Of a stretch of DNA of 64,000 bases, positions 1 through 12,700 are shown in pieces. Every line of letters begins with the position of its first letter. The stretch's first letter is position 1. A model generated the notes under the pieces. That model ran no database searches and was not told the origin of the DNA. It saw only the letters and a program-made list of their open reading frames with translations. Origin of the DNA: Octopus sinensis (lineage: Eukaryota); the NCBI RefSeq assembly GCF_006345805.1, contig NC_043011.1, positions 1,860,001 through 1,924,000 on the forward strand, written 5' to 3'. Both the position numbers and the translations under genes were made by a program.

Positions 1-265
1 TTTTAGGTTTTGTGAAACTAATGAAAGAAGAGAACAGTAACATGGTATTGCATACATATACTCGTTAACAAGTGAATATTCCGAAGCAAGCATTTCCAGT
101 TTCAAAAAGCCAGTCAAGATTATTAACAGAATCATTGTAAATAGACCAATAAGGAAAAATTATTATAAGCAGAATACAATAGAAAAACGTAAAAGAAAGT
201 ATTTCATACTCCTTGAGGGTAACATATTCATAGAACTAAGATGTTTCTATCAGATTAGATATTTA

Positions 266-691
266 GGATCCTTTTGGTTTGAACGGCAGTTTTTTCTAGC
301 GGTGTCATATGAAATTGTCACCCATAATTATGACCCTAATATCGATCTATTTCATTTCAATCTGTTTTAGGGTTAGGGTTAGGGTTAGGGGTGGGGGGAA
401 GGGTATCTTTTTTTCTTCACAAATGTAAATAAACCCAATCTGTTTCTTAAACGAGGGACATATTCATATGGCACAGAATGCTTTTTTTAACCTCAATAGA
501 CGTCAGAGATTGGTTGAAATTGCAGAAACTGAAGAAAAAAAACAACAAATATCTTCCAAACTATAGAATTTTCTCAATAAAGGCAAGAGAGGAAGATGTT
601 TTATAAACACATTCTACCAGTATACGAAGTTTAAAAGTATTTAGTAACGTGGAAACTATGTTTAAAATTGCCGTTCAAACCGAAAAGATCC
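266..691. mobile_element. Non-autonomous DNA transposon (MITE) with ~26-bp TIRs, 8-bp TSD and internal (TTAGGG)4
   Basis: Left end GGATCCTTTTGGTTTGAACGGCAGTTTT (266-) is the near reverse complement of right end AAAATTGCCGTTCAAACCGAAAAGATCC (-691). GATATTTA is duplicated at 258-265 and 692-699. TTAGGG x4 lies at 367-390. Confidence 0.9.
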
Positions 692-914
692 GATATTTAT
701 AAAAATTGATGAGTTTTGATTTACTTAACCTAAATTGCAAAACGTAATTTAAAACACATTTTTCATAAAGGAAGGGAGATAACTCTACATATAAAGAAAA
801 TTTCAGGGGGATAACTCCCAATCAAAATTTTTTTTTAGTGTAAGCAACTATATTTTATTTTTGTGTACGTTATGAATACATGCATGCGAATGAGCAGTAA
901 ACACATATACGCTT

Positions 915-1315
915 ATCTTTTATCAATTAATTGTTTCTGTCAGCAGACTGTAGCCGTGTTGAGGCATCACCTTGAAGAATTTTAGTCGAACAAATCGGCC
1001 ACCATACTTATTTTTTAAAGCCTTGTTCTTTTCCCGAGCGACTAAGTTACGGGGACGTGAACATGAACATAACCAGCACCAGGAGTGGAACGGTGGTGGG
1101 AGGCAAAGACAAAGACACAGGCATGTGTGTATATATATATATATATATATACATACACACACACACGACAGGCTTCTTTGAGTTTACATCAACCAAATCC
1201 TTTCTTAAGGCTTTGGTCGGCCCGATGTTAGAGTAAAAGACACTTGTCCAAGATGCCTTACGGTGAGACCTGAACCCGGAACCATGTGGTTGGTAAGCAA
1301 GCTACTTACCCCACA
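915..1315 (-). mobile_element. tRNA-derived SINE family A (CORE-like), diverged copy
   Basis: Diverged match to the young copies at 1813-2220 and 60155-60570, including the internal (TA/CA)n tract. Confidence 0.8.
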
Positions 1316-1812
1316 CCTACAATATTCTTAAGGCCACAATTTACTCACACGCAGCATCTTCAGAACTTTGTCGCTAATTCAGTTCTTAACCAAATTGAAA
1401 ACTGTCCTATATTTAAGAGATGAGGAATTATGTACATTATTTACATTTGACATTTTTTCAAATGTAAATAATATAAATAACATAAATTGAAAACTGTTAA
1501 CATTTTTGAAGAGGGCTGGTCCCTAGCTACTTTTTAGCATTAAAAAATTGAGATTTGGTCCAGTAGAAAAAAGTTTGCATCAAAATTTGTAGCAATGTTA
1601 TAAGAGAGTAAGTAACGCCACCATTCAAGTTTAGATCTAAATAACTTTTTTATTTCAAAAGCAAAATATATTTCTCTTAGCTTCAATGATAGAAGAAAGC
1701 ATGAAGAATTTCATAGTTTTGATGTCATGCAACAAAAATTTGTATCAAAAAAGTTCTGAGGTAAAATATCATGAAAAAAAGTATAAGTAAGGCAAAAAAT
1801 TGGATTTAAGTA

Positions 1813-2220
1813 TACTCTTTACTGTTTTACTCTTTTACTTGTTTCAGTCATTTGACTGCGGCCATGCTGGAGCACCATCTTTAATGGAGCAACTCAACCC
1901 CAGGACTTATTCTTTGTAAGCCCAGTACTTATTCTATCGGTCTCTTTTGCTGAATCGCTAAGTAACGGGGACATAAACACACCAGTATCAGTTGTCAAGC
2001 AATGCTACGGGGACAAATACAGACACACAAACACACACATACATATACATATATACATATGTACGACGGGCTTCTTTCAGTTTCCGTCTACCAAATCCAC
2101 TCACAAGGCTTTGGTCGGCCCGAGGCTATAGTAGAAGACCAAGGTGCCACGCAGTCGGCCTGAACCCGGAACCATGTGGTTGGTAAACAAGCTACTTACC
2201 ACACAGCCACTCCTGCGCCT
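1813..2220 (-). mobile_element. SINE family A, full-length young copy
   Basis: Minus strand reads AGGCGCAGGAGTGGCTGTGTGGT (A-box-like) ... GGTTCAGGCC (B-box region), then body, internal microsatellite and a (GAGTAAAA)n-type tail. Near-identical to 7 or more other copies in the window. Confidence 0.92.
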
Positions 2221-2739
2221 AACATTTTTATTTTAAAAACAAACTATATTTTAATCAAGCTCAATTCGAGGAATTTCATGGTATCAATCTCATGCAATGA
2301 AGTTTTAGAAGAAAAAAAGTTACGAGTGTTTGTTTCTCAAATTTGAAGGTGATGAAATAGTTCTATACTGTTTTATGAATTTAGTTCTATAAGAGGACTT
2401 TTAATATATGTCACTGGCATCATTGAGGTAAGGAAAAAAATTATCAAAGACACTGCAAATTTGCAATTAGTTTAAATATGTCATCTATATTAATTAATGC
2501 AATTATATCATAAAAAAGAAAAAAAAATTAAAATATTATTTTAAAATTTTGGCAATAGCCTTGCCATTTTGGCAGTCTTTCATTTTAACTCAAAGGCATG
2601 TCACACAGCTCAGCTGTTACCTTATGGCGTTCAGTAAATTATTTATTTATTTTTGTGAGTGGAAATGTACATTTTGTTTGAAGTCAGCATAAAGTGAAAG
2701 TGAAAGAGATAGGACATGGACATGTGTGTGTTGATGGGG

Positions 2740-3545
2740 AATGCGAGGCAGAAAAATGTGTATATGTGTGTGAGAGAGAGAGAGGGAGAGTGACAGCATA
2801 CATTTTTTAATTTATTTTTTCTCGCATCTTTTTTCAGTGTATGTGTGAGTAATTGACTGAGAGAGAGAGAGAAAGAGAGAGACAGAGAAGGTGTGTGTGA
2901 TAGAGAGAGAAAGCGATAGTGTAAATTTTACTTAGCTACTTATACATACATGCCAAAAACAATTGCATGACAACACACACCTTCACTCAGTGGCATTTTC
3001 TCCCTTCCTCACAAGCACACATAAAAAACATGTATGCATTGCATATGTATTCATGCATGTATGTATATATGACAGATAATGGGTGTATATATGTGTTTGT
3101 GTGCGAGTGTGACTGACCCTAGCCATTTTACACATACATGGCAACAACTCTCTCTCTCCCTCTCTCAGTCAATCACTCACATCACACACTCTCTAACTAA
3201 AAAAGATGCCAGAAAAGCTATATAAATAATAAAATTATGTTATCACTCTCTCCCTTTCTCTCTCTCTCTCTCACACACACACTAAAAAAGATGCAAAAAA
3301 GTAAATAAATATAATTTATGCTATTGCTTTCTCTCTCTCTCTCTCTCTCCCTCTCTCTCCTCCTCTCTCTATCTCTCTCTCAGTCAATCACTCATACACT
3401 CAAAAAAGATGTGAGAAAAAATAAATCAAAAATGTATGCTATCACTCTCTCCCTCACACACAGACACACACAACAACAACAACAACACACACCTTCTCTT
3501 TCTCTCTCTCTCCTACACACACATACACACAACAAGCACTTTAAA
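2740..3545. repeat. Degenerate ~110-120 bp microsatellite-laden unit: one copy (2740-2935) inverted relative to three tandem copies (3130-3545)
   Basis: CATACATTTTTTAATTTATTTTTTCTCGCATCTTTTTTCAGTGTATGTGTGAGTAATTGACTGAGAG on the left corresponds to CTCTCAGTCAATCACTCATACACTCAAAAAAGATGTGAGAAAAATAAATCAAAAATGTATG on the right, which recurs three times. Confidence 0.6.
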
Positions 3546-3557
3546 TTTGTTATTCAA

Positions 3558-3790
3558 TTTATATATATATACATATACATATATATATGTATATATATAT
3601 ATATGTAAATATGTATATATATATATGTATATATATATATATGTATATATATATACATATATATATGTATATATATATACATGTATATATATATATATAT
3701 GATATATATATATATGTATACATATATATATATACATATATATATATATGTATATATATATATGTATATATATATACATATATATATATG

Positions 3791-3822
<32 letters not shown>

Positions 3823-3839
3823 ATATATGTATATATATG

Positions 3840-3870
<31 letters not shown>

Positions 3871-3981
3871 TATATACATATATATATATATATAACATAT
3901 ATATATATATATGCATATATATATACATATATATATACATACATATATAATACATATATATATATATGTATATATATATAT
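3558..3981. repeat. ~420-bp (TA)n microsatellite with TG/CA interruptions
   Basis: Seen directly. It generates the spurious YI-rich ORFs. Confidence 0.98.
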
Positions 3982-4272
3982 ACTAGCAGTATCGCCCGGC
4001 GTTGCTCGGGTTTGTAAGGGAAATAACTATATAAGCATTTTTAGAGAGTTACTTCCCTTATATAACCCGAGCAAAAATCATTAAAAACGTGGAAAAATGA
4101 TGGTAATTTTTTTTTAAATCCTAGACTCAGCGTAGACGCATGCTAATACCCAGAAGGGATCGATATGAAGGACGACTATAAGATACCCGCTTTTGGTTAA
4201 ACTGCACCGCAAAATGTGGAAGTAGTTAGGAATCTAAATCGGAGTAGACAGACACACACACACACAACTTTA

Positions 4273-4285
<13 letters not shown>
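3982..4285 (+). mobile_element. Helentron/HINE (DINE-1/Lep1-like) non-autonomous rolling-circle element
   Basis: 5' end ACTAGCAGTATCG followed by a CCCGGCGTTGCTCGGG hairpin. 3' end GTAGTTAGGAATCTAAATC..AGACAGACACACAC..TTTTATATATA. Homologous copies at 39665-39995 and 40295-40500. The class assignment is by architecture only. Confidence 0.6.
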
Positions 4286-4330
<45 letters not shown>

Positions 4331-4347
4331 TATATGTATGTATATAT

Positions 4348-4545
4348 GGGCAACCAGATCGAACCATCTCAAGTGTAACTGCTCGAAATGGTCATGACGT
4401 CTGGTACTTGACTAAAGAAAGAAGGCCACGAATGACCTGTCTTTTTTTGCCTGTCCTTCTAATTGTTGTTTCTCGTCTACCTTTGTATCATCTATTTGTC
4501 TGAATGTTTTTATTGTCCTCTGTTGCATTTATTCCAGTTATATAT
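4348..4545 (+). mobile_element. Interspersed repeat, probable Penelope-like 3' tail, flanked by (TA)n
   Basis: Reverse-complement homolog of 19806-20010. Embedded between TA microsatellites. Confidence 0.5.
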
Positions 4546-4557
4546 ACATACATACAG

Positions 4558-4608
<51 letters not shown>

Positions 4609-4744
4609 ATATATATATGTATGCATACATGTATGTATATGTTGAGAGAGAGAGATATGTCAAGAAGTTTGTTTCCCAACCACATGGAACTGTGTGGAAC
4701 TTTGGGGAAATGTCTCTTACTATAGCCATGGCCTGATCAAAACC

Positions 4745-5530
4745 TTGTGAGGGCTTGACAATTGATCGAACTATCTTGATGTAGGCTGCCTCATTGATCC
4801 TAATATCCTGTGGGAAAAAAATCTGGGAGTATGACACAGCTCTTACTGCTCACAACTCCAAGACTATCTCAGATGATGTGAACTTGGTGTACATAACAGT
4901 GGGATTTCTCTAAAGCTGGCACAAAGCCATCAGTCATTTCTCCAGTTCACTTTTTGTTTTTTAACAAAGTTCTGAGCAGGACCTGAGTATGTTGGGCTCC
5001 TCTTGGTGCTTGAGGTTGTTCATCAAGCATTTCAACCTTTTCATACAGTCCTTCTGAGACTTATTGGGCATGTACTTCCTTCTTCTCATAACATAGGATT
5101 TGTACTTTGTTTTGATGCACTGCACATCTAATTGTTGACTCCAACACATGGATATGCTTGGCAATAAGCCCTCATTTACTTGCTGGAGTTCTTGTTAACG
5201 AAGCCTAGACTTGCTGAGCAAATCTGACTTTTCTGTCAATGACTGACCATTGAAAATATTTCCTTTTATTTTGGGCATGGAAGACACATTCCCGCAAAAG
5301 GTCAGGAGTTCTTTTCAGATCTTAAACACGATGGACCTGGCCACATTTAACAAAGTTATAGCCTCAGAATCACAATGGCTGATGTGTCAATGAAAACAGA
5401 ATGCCTTTTCATCACATAGATTTGATTTGAAGCTTCCATTTTGGGGCTGAAAAATGAGAGGATATTTAGTTGAGGTTTGAGCCATATATGGTTTGTAAAA
5501 GTTTTGTTCTTAGATAGGTGACACACCCTG
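4745..5530 (-). pseudogene. Tc1/mariner maT (DD37D, Bmmar1-like) transposase fossil with 5' TIR
   Basis: Minus-strand peptides MKRHSVFIDTSAIVILRL.. and MYTKFTSSE.VLGVVSSKSCVILPDFFPQDIRINEAAYIKIVRSIVKP resemble maT KHTKFPASVMVLGVVS..HFF..GLRVN..AY..VL..VVKPW. Terminus CAGGGTGTGTCA with flanking TA at 5531-5532. Frameshifted and 3'-truncated. Confidence 0.75.
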
Positions 5531-5539
5531 TATGCATGC

Positions 5540-5800
5540 ATCTGTGTGTGTTTCTGTCTCCTTGCTTTGACTTTGCACAATAGTTGGGAATGTGAGTCAC
5601 TGCCATGTAAGTGGTGTCCTTCCTTCCAAATCATCCATGAGAATATGTCTGGTCATGGAGAAATATTACCTTACTTGGAAACAGGTAAAGGTTGGCAACA
5701 GGGAAGGCATCTGGTCATAGTAAAATATGCTTCCACACATCTTGTTCAACTCATGGGAACATGGGAAAGTGGACATTAAAATGATAATGATGATATGTGC
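5540..5800 (+). mobile_element. Diverged SINE/RTE-type 3' tail ending in (ATG)n
   Basis: GGAAGGCATCTGGTCATAGTAAA..CATGGGAAAGTGGACATTAAAATGATAATGATG resembles the family B tails elsewhere in the window. Confidence 0.55.
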
Positions 5801-5805
5801 ATGTG

Positions 5806-5807
<2 letters not shown>

Positions 5808-5846
<39 letters not shown>

Positions 5847-5880
5847 GAGAGAATGAGAGAATGAGAGAGAATGAGAGAGA
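5808..5880. repeat. (GA)n microsatellite
   Basis: Seen directly. Confidence 0.95.
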
Positions 5881-6479
5881 TGGCAGTTGATTGTTGAAAA
5901 GTGTCAGGAATTCAAATATTCTAAATGAATTTGTTTGCTTCTGTTTGGAGTTTGGATAGAGAATAAGTGGGTTTCAGGAGTGGCCCATTACCATGTTTGA
6001 AATGCAGCTTCAACATTTACCAGATAATGCTGTCAACAGTTACATAAAATATTTTCGCTCTCTCTTGAATTAGCTTCTGCAATAAAAAGACACCGTGTAG
6101 TTTCAAAAAATTCTCCCAAGTAGTTTATGTGTTGGAACTGTTAAATCTAAAATTTCTGTTTGGTAGCAAAACTAGCTTCTTTAAACAACTGCAATATGAA
6201 CGATTCCACAAGTTTATCTCTGTACAAGTGTTGTAGATGTTGTTGATATTTAAAAGAATTTTGTCACATGTTATGAAATCTTTTTCTACTATTAATTGTT
6301 CATTAAAATGTTAAAATAATCAATATATATTCTTTTTGTTCATTCAGTAGTGTTCATTCAGTTGCTTTTTGAGGTGCATTTTTTACTATTAAAAATGGAG
6401 TTATCTCCCCACTAAAAACTTGGGTTGTCTCCTATGTATAAAAACCATCATCTTTTCTCAAGTGAGCTTTATATATATC

Positions 6480-8480
6480 TCTTTTAAGAAAACACCTGAT
6501 TGTTAGCAAGTGTTATCACTTACCTACTTCCAAAGAATAATGGAACTAGATTTCCCCAAAACTATTGGCCCATAACCTGTCTATCTACCACATAAAATTT
6601 TAACATGCTTCCTCTTGGAGAAAACATGCTTTTATAGAACAGAGTGATATTTTTCCCACTGACCAAAAAAGGGTTGATGGGGCTCATATGGATGCAAAGA
6701 TCAACTTCTAATCAATAGAATGATCCTTGAGAACTGTGATAACAAATGCAGAAATCTCAGTTCCACATAGATTGATTTGACAGCATATTGCATTCATGGA
6801 TCTTGAAATCAGTGGATATCTTCAAAATTTTTCCTGTTATTTCAGACTTCCTGAAGCACAACATGTCAGTGTGGAATATAAATCTCCAAGTATACCACTC
6901 TAATGGAATACTGAATACAAACAATATTAATATCAACTGTGGCATTTTCCAAGGTGATTCACTTTCACCTCTAATTTTGTACATAGTCCTAATGCCCCTT
7001 ACAAGTGAAGCTAACAGAACAGGGTATGGGTATATAATTGACTACAAGAAAATAAACCATCCATTTTATATATGGATGACTTAAAACTTTATAGCAAAGA
7101 TGATAATGAGCTTGAAAGTCTATTGTGTAATGTGAAAGCACTCACTGATGATATTGAGATGGAATTTGACCTTGATAAATGTGCCAAGGCTACTTTCTAG
7201 AAAGGGAAATTGAAGACCTCACATTCAGTGGTGTTAGATGTTGGCAAAGTTATAAAACAACATGAGCAGGAACAAACTTACAAATACCTCAGAATAAATG
7301 AGGGCTCTGGTATTCAGCATGCAAGAATGAAACAGAAAATCAAGAAGGAATGTCACAGAAGAGTCCCAAAATCTGAGTTAAATGTACACAACAAGGATTT
7401 AGCCTAAATTCCTTTGTAGTTCCAGTTGTTATAGGCTATAGCAGAAGACACTTGCCCAAGGTGCCACGCAGTGGGACTGAACCCAGAACCATGTGGTTGG
7501 TAAGCAAGCTACTTACCACACAGCCACTCCTGCGCCTGGATACTAAAACTTGTTAAAAACTATGAGAGACATAAGAAGCTTCATTCTGTCATGAAGAAGA
7601 CCAAAAAATTTACCAGTGAGTGCATGCATAATATCTAGATTGAACAACAGGATGGAAATGAGGCTGCTGTTGTTGCAAAGAAGATGAAATCAATGGCAAA
7701 GCAAAATGCGTTTGAACAATTGGCTGACAGGTGGGAACAAAAACCTCTGCATGGTGAATATGTGGGCCATAGCAAACAAGCTGATGTAGACCAGAAGCAC
7801 ACCCATCAGTGGCTATGAAGCTGAGGGTTAAAAGTAGAGAGTGAAGGCTTTATCTCAGCGGCTCAAGATCAGAGCTTATTGACCCGGAACTACCAAACCA
7901 GCATGATGAAAAATGCAAAAGACCCAAAGTGTCAATACTGCACTGATGAGATTGAAACAGTGGACCACTTAATCTCTGGCTGTAAGGTTTTAGCATCAGT
8001 AGAGTATAAATTTAGATATGACAGAGTTGGCCAATATCTACACTGGATAATATGTTGACTTTATGAAATCAAAACTGCTGACAAATGGTACGAGCACCAT
8101 CCTGAGACTGTAACTGAGTGAGAAAATGTAATGATTCTCTGGGGCTTTCCAGTACATACAGACCAAATCATAAAAGCTAATAAACCAGATATTGTTGTGA
8201 AAGACCAAAACTATAAAATCTGTTTATTGATTGACATGAGTATACCTTGTGGTCAAAATATCTCAGCAAAAGAATTTGATAAGCTCAGAAAATATAAAGA
8301 TTTGCAGATTGAAATTGAAAAAGATGTGGCATCTCAAGACGGTTGCAATACCAGTGATTGTAGGAGCACTTGGAATGATCAAAAAGGGAACTGAAAATTA
8401 TTTGAAGATGATCCCATCCGTGCAGGAAGTGCAGAAAATTGACTTAACTGGTATGTCACATGTATTGAAAAGAGCATTGA
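6480..8480 (+). pseudogene. R4/Dong-clade non-LTR retrotransposon (RT, CCHC knuckle, restriction-like endonuclease), decayed
   Basis: RT motifs YWPITCLST, GCKDQLLIN, GIFQGDSLSPL and YMDDLKLY. C-terminal EGFISAAQDQSL, CQYC..ETVDHLISGC, NKPDIVVKD, LIDMSIP and KYKDL..EIEK..PVIVGALG. Multiple stops and frameshifts. Confidence 0.92.
7434..7537 (-). mobile_element. SINE family A head only, inside the Dong element
   Basis: Exact tRNA-like head GGCGCAGGAGTGGCTGTGTGG. The SINE body is absent and the LINE frame jumps across it, which suggests a later deletion. Confidence 0.85.
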
Positions 8481-8754
8481 ATTTTCTTTCCTTTTCCCTC
8501 TTATTTTCTTTTTCATTTTTTCTTTTCTTTCCCTTCTTTCCTCTGTCTTTCTTCCTTTTTTCTATCACATGACTTTGTAAATAAACAAGCTGGTGTATTT
8601 ATTTTGATGGCCTTCCAATGTATACAGTGAGTTTCTTTGGCCTAGGTTGAGAAGACACTCAGCAAGATATGGAAACAGAATTAAAAGAAGATAATGATAA
8701 TAATAATGATGATGATGATGATGATATTAAATTTTGGCACAATGCTAGCAAGTT

Positions 8755-9036
8755 CAGTCCTCAGGAGTCTCGTTGATCCTAGTTGTTTGTTCCTTCTTGA
8801 GCCATGCCTGGCTCATAAGGCCTGGATGGGAGGCCGGTCCATTGCAGGTGGGTTGCAAGATGCAGGAGGAAAGAGAGAGAAAGCTGTGGCGAAAGAGTCA
8901 GCAGAAGTTCGCCATTACCTTCTGCCAGAGCCGCGTGGAGCTTAGGTGTTTCGCTCATAAACACACACATTGTCCGGTCTGAGATTCGAACCCGCGATCC
9001 CTCGACCACTCTATCCACTAGGCCATGTGTCTCCAC
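8755..9036 (-). mobile_element. tRNA-derived SINE family E (V-domain-like, RTE-type tail)
   Basis: Head TGGCCTAGTGG..GGTTCGAATCTC. Homolog of 33990-34320, which carries CTGCGACGGATTGGCGTCCCGTCCAG (V-domain-like). Confidence 0.75.
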
Positions 9037-9054
9037 AAATAAATAAATGCTCCC

Positions 9055-9295
9055 TTTTAAAGCCTAGCCAGGCTCATGAGCCCAGTTTCCCGGTTTCTAT
9101 AGCGTATGTGTTCCCCAGCTGGACGGGACACCAGTCCATCACAGCGTTACTCCTTTTTGCCAGCTGAGTGGACTGGAGCAACGTGAAATGAAGTGTTTTG
9201 CTCAAGAACACAACGCGTCACCCGGTCCAGGAATCGAAACCACAATCTTACGATGATGATGCTGACACCCTAACCACTAAGCCACGCGCCTCTAC
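9055..9295 (-). mobile_element. tRNA-derived SINE with V-domain-like core
   Basis: Minus strand reads GGCGCGTGGCTTAGTGGTTAG..GGTTTCGATTCC..GTGATGGACTGGTGTCCCGTCCAGCTGGGG. Confidence 0.75.
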
Positions 9296-9299
9296 ATTG

Positions 9300-9780
9300 A
9301 TCTTAGTACTCAACTGGTACTTATTTTATCAACTGTGGAAGGGATGAAAGGCAAAGTCGACTTCAGTCGAATTTGAACTGAGAATCTAGAGAGACCAAAG
9401 AAATGCCACTAAGTATTTTGTGTGACACACTAATGATAAACCAACGATTTTGAGGGGAAAATTTTGTTAGTTACATTGGCAATGGTATTTGACCGATACT
9501 TAATTTTATTGACTCTGAAAAGAGGAAAGGCAAAGTTGATCTTAACATGAATTAAACCCAAAATGTGAAGAACTAGAAGGAATACTGCTTTGTATTTTTT
9601 TGGATACTCATACTATTCTCTCAGCTCAAGTGTAGTGACACTAGCAAATTTGGGTGTAGTGGTCAGTCAATAACATCGACCTCAGTACTTGCCTGATATT
9701 TATTTTATTGAACTGACAGAAATATTGCCAGGCATTTTATCTCGATGCTTTAACGATTTTGCCAGCTCACCAATAACAAG
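9300..9780 (-). mobile_element. Three degenerate Meta-domain SINE (family C) remnants
   Basis: Repeated GGTACTTATTTTATC..GGATGAAAGGCAAAGTCGAC-like motif. Confidence 0.55.
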
Positions 9781-12700
9781 ATAGTCAGATAGTTGTAAGC
9801 CATAAATATAATTGTCCAAAGAGATGGGTAATGTGGAACTCCGAGTAATGATTTGTCTACTCATAAATTATATGCGTATGTTTGTGTGCCTGTGTATGTG
9901 TCTAGAAACGGAAATTACAAGTTTGATTGTAATTTACAATTCTTATCTTCATGTCTTGCAGGTTGTAGTGGTCCAAAACTTACTTACTGAGCATAATTCT
10001 TGTTAATAAACTGGCTTTGAACATAGTCTTCTAAAATTTGATTTTGATATCATAAAACAATTTGAGATTGCCCAAAGCAAAATTGATGTCTGTCTCTCAC
10101 ACTGTCCCTTCCTCTCCTCCACCCCACCCCACGCCACTGTCTCTCTTTCAGTCACCATCTTTGTTTTCTGAAATACCATATCTGTCTGTTAGTCTGTCTG
10201 TTTCTCTCTCTCTCTCCTTACCCCCTCTCTCCCTCTCTTTCTCCCTCTCGTCTCTCTCAGCATCCTTGAAATATGTCTGCTACAACTCCTTTTACACAGA
10301 GAAAAATTATTTCTCAGGAAATATGTTGGAAATGAATAATTTAGCATTATCGCCATCATTCTCATCAATGTTGTTGATGATGTCATCATCATCTTTGACG
10401 TGGTTATCATCGTCGTCATCACAAACTTTCATAAAGATTTAACAAAAACTAACCTGTATAAAATGTGCATAACCAGAATTTCAACCTGTGGTTCTTAATC
10501 ATTGAAATATATCCACCAATATCACTAATTTATGACAAAAATTACATTTAAAATCATATAAATATAAATATATTCATATATGTTTGTGTTTTCTTCAGTT
10601 TGGGATTTGTATTTTAATGTGGTTCTGTATCATATTTGTATCATATACATATGTGCTATATATGTAATTATTAAATTCAAATCTCAGCTTTCATGGACTA
10701 TTTATGTAAAGCATCAATTATAAGCCAAAACTTGGCTCGATCTGTAAGTAAAACAAAATTATGATAATATATTTATAGCCAAAGACTTCTACTTGTATCG
10801 ATCAGGGAACTCCATTTACCTGAATTGTTGTTTTTCTGAGTTCCCTAAATCTTCTACAAGGTGTTTCTGTGTTTTATTGGGCAAGTGAGGGAGCTATGTT
10901 TTCTGCAAAACTGAAATATAATATTCTGTTGTGTCTGGAGAGAGTCATTCTCTTTTAGAGCCTTATTATTTAACTGGTAAAATTTCCACTTATTTCTTAT
11001 TTTTATTTTCTAAAATTTTTGTTGCATGTTGCAACCTTTTCAATAGTCTTGACTCTGTCCATTATTTACACTGCGTTCCCTTTTGTTTGTTTGTGTGCAT
11101 GTGTGTGGGTCAGTGTGTGTGTGCCTATACATGTATGCATGTACGTATGTATGTGTGTGTTTGCATGTGTATTTATGTTTATATGTGTGTGTATGCAAGA
11201 TTCTTTTTTATGTTATTGAAAATGTGATCCCATTTACTTCTAGAATCATACATTATCTGGATATTCTTTGAATAATACTGTATAAGCATTTGATTAGAAT
11301 TTTGTTATTCTTGTGAATTATTGTGAATATCATTTCATTTAGATAGGAAATTTTAATTACCTTCACCTCACAGTACATGGATTCTCCAAAAGTAATGGGT
11401 TCTTCATCAGTGAAGAGAATTTTTTCTTCACAAGCGTACTCCACCTCACATTTCAAAAGCCATTTTTATGTTTTCTTCAGTTTTTCATAAATACATTTGG
11501 AGTAGTATGTGTGTGCTTACTGCTATTGTGTATATCCATTATTTCTATTTTTACAACCTGTCCTCTCAGTCAGTTGAAATCATATGTTAAATGAGTTTTT
11601 TTATTGTTCGTTGGTACTATTAATAATTTGTGCTGCTGTAAAAATAATAGCAATTTACTGTTTGTTTTGGTGAATGTAAAGTACATTACGTTGCACATTT
11701 TCAGGTTTCTTGGGGGTTGAAGCTGACAAAAAATATTCATGAACAATTTTGGAAGAAATAAATTTTGCTCTAAAATAAAACACAAACTTTATTTTTCTTT
11801 TGTCAGACTCTCTGGGAGGGAGAAACCAATCCTTTGGAGAATTTTTAGCAAAGAAGTATATTTTGGTAAAACAACTTGTAAATAACATCTACTTCATCTG
11901 CAGTGAATAATAATAATGCTCAATACCACAGATTTCCTTGTCAGTTGTTTGATCTTCATGTACATTGTTTTGTCTTGATATAAAAGATGGGTTACAGAAA
12001 ATTTTCTGCTCAATACTACAGATTTGCTTGTCAGATGCTTGACCTTAACCACTTGAGTATGTCCCTTAGTGGCTGACAATATGTGCATCTCTGATCATGT
12101 GCAGAAGAAGTCGGGGAGCATCTCAGTCATGTGTCGAGAGGAATTCTTTTGGGTTTGGATAATTCACGTCTGGAAGCATGGGTGTTTCATTCAACATCAT
12201 TAAATAACCCTTTTGAGTGAGATGGGCTGCTCAACTTGGAGAAAATTCTTACTAGGCCCCACCTGCAAGGTCATGTGCTGTTAACCTTGATATGAGATTA
12301 CCATGCCGTGCACATATGGTTGTGATAGATGTACCTGGTGTACCCTTATCAGATGGGTAGTCATGATGTGTATACTGGGCTTCATATATTTTACCTCAGT
12401 GTCACTTTGATGGCATGAACTGCTCTCAAGGAAAAAAAAAATCCTTTCTACTACAGGCACAAGATGAAAGGCAAAGTTGACCATGACAGAATTTGAACAC
12501 AGAACTTAAGGATGGGTGAAATAGTGCTAAGCATTTCACCCAGCTTCCAAATGATTCTGACAGCTTGCCACTTTAATAATGATGACGATGATGATGATGA
12601 CAATAACGGTGATGACAATAACGAGAGCTTAACCTCCCTGATTATGATGATAAGATGGACAAACCAACCACTAAGGTAGCAAAAAAAAAATATAAAACAA

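Noticed and set aside
367-390. (TTAGGG)4 as a telomere or chromosome-fusion scar
   Set aside because: It lies inside a TIR/TSD-bounded transposon, has only four units and shows no head-to-head inversion.
3318-4017. Many overlapping ORFs rich in Y/I/M/C/H (also at 4216-4837, 19555-19871, 40441-40730 and 58986-59556)
   Set aside because: They are translations of (TA)n/(CA)n/(ACAT)n microsatellites, which lack stop codons in several frames.
9940-10012. Strong acceptor TTCTTATCTTCATGTCTTGCAG followed by AATAAA, and a candidate exon at ~11806-11866
   Set aside because: All frames after 9960 close within 50 nt, and no coherent or recognisable protein can be assembled. Such motifs arise often by chance in AT-rich DNA.
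11253-11456. Minus ORF with EEPITFGESM, which resembles the copia EEP.TF.EAM linker
   Set aside because: It is a single short motif with no adjoining integrase, RT or LTR.
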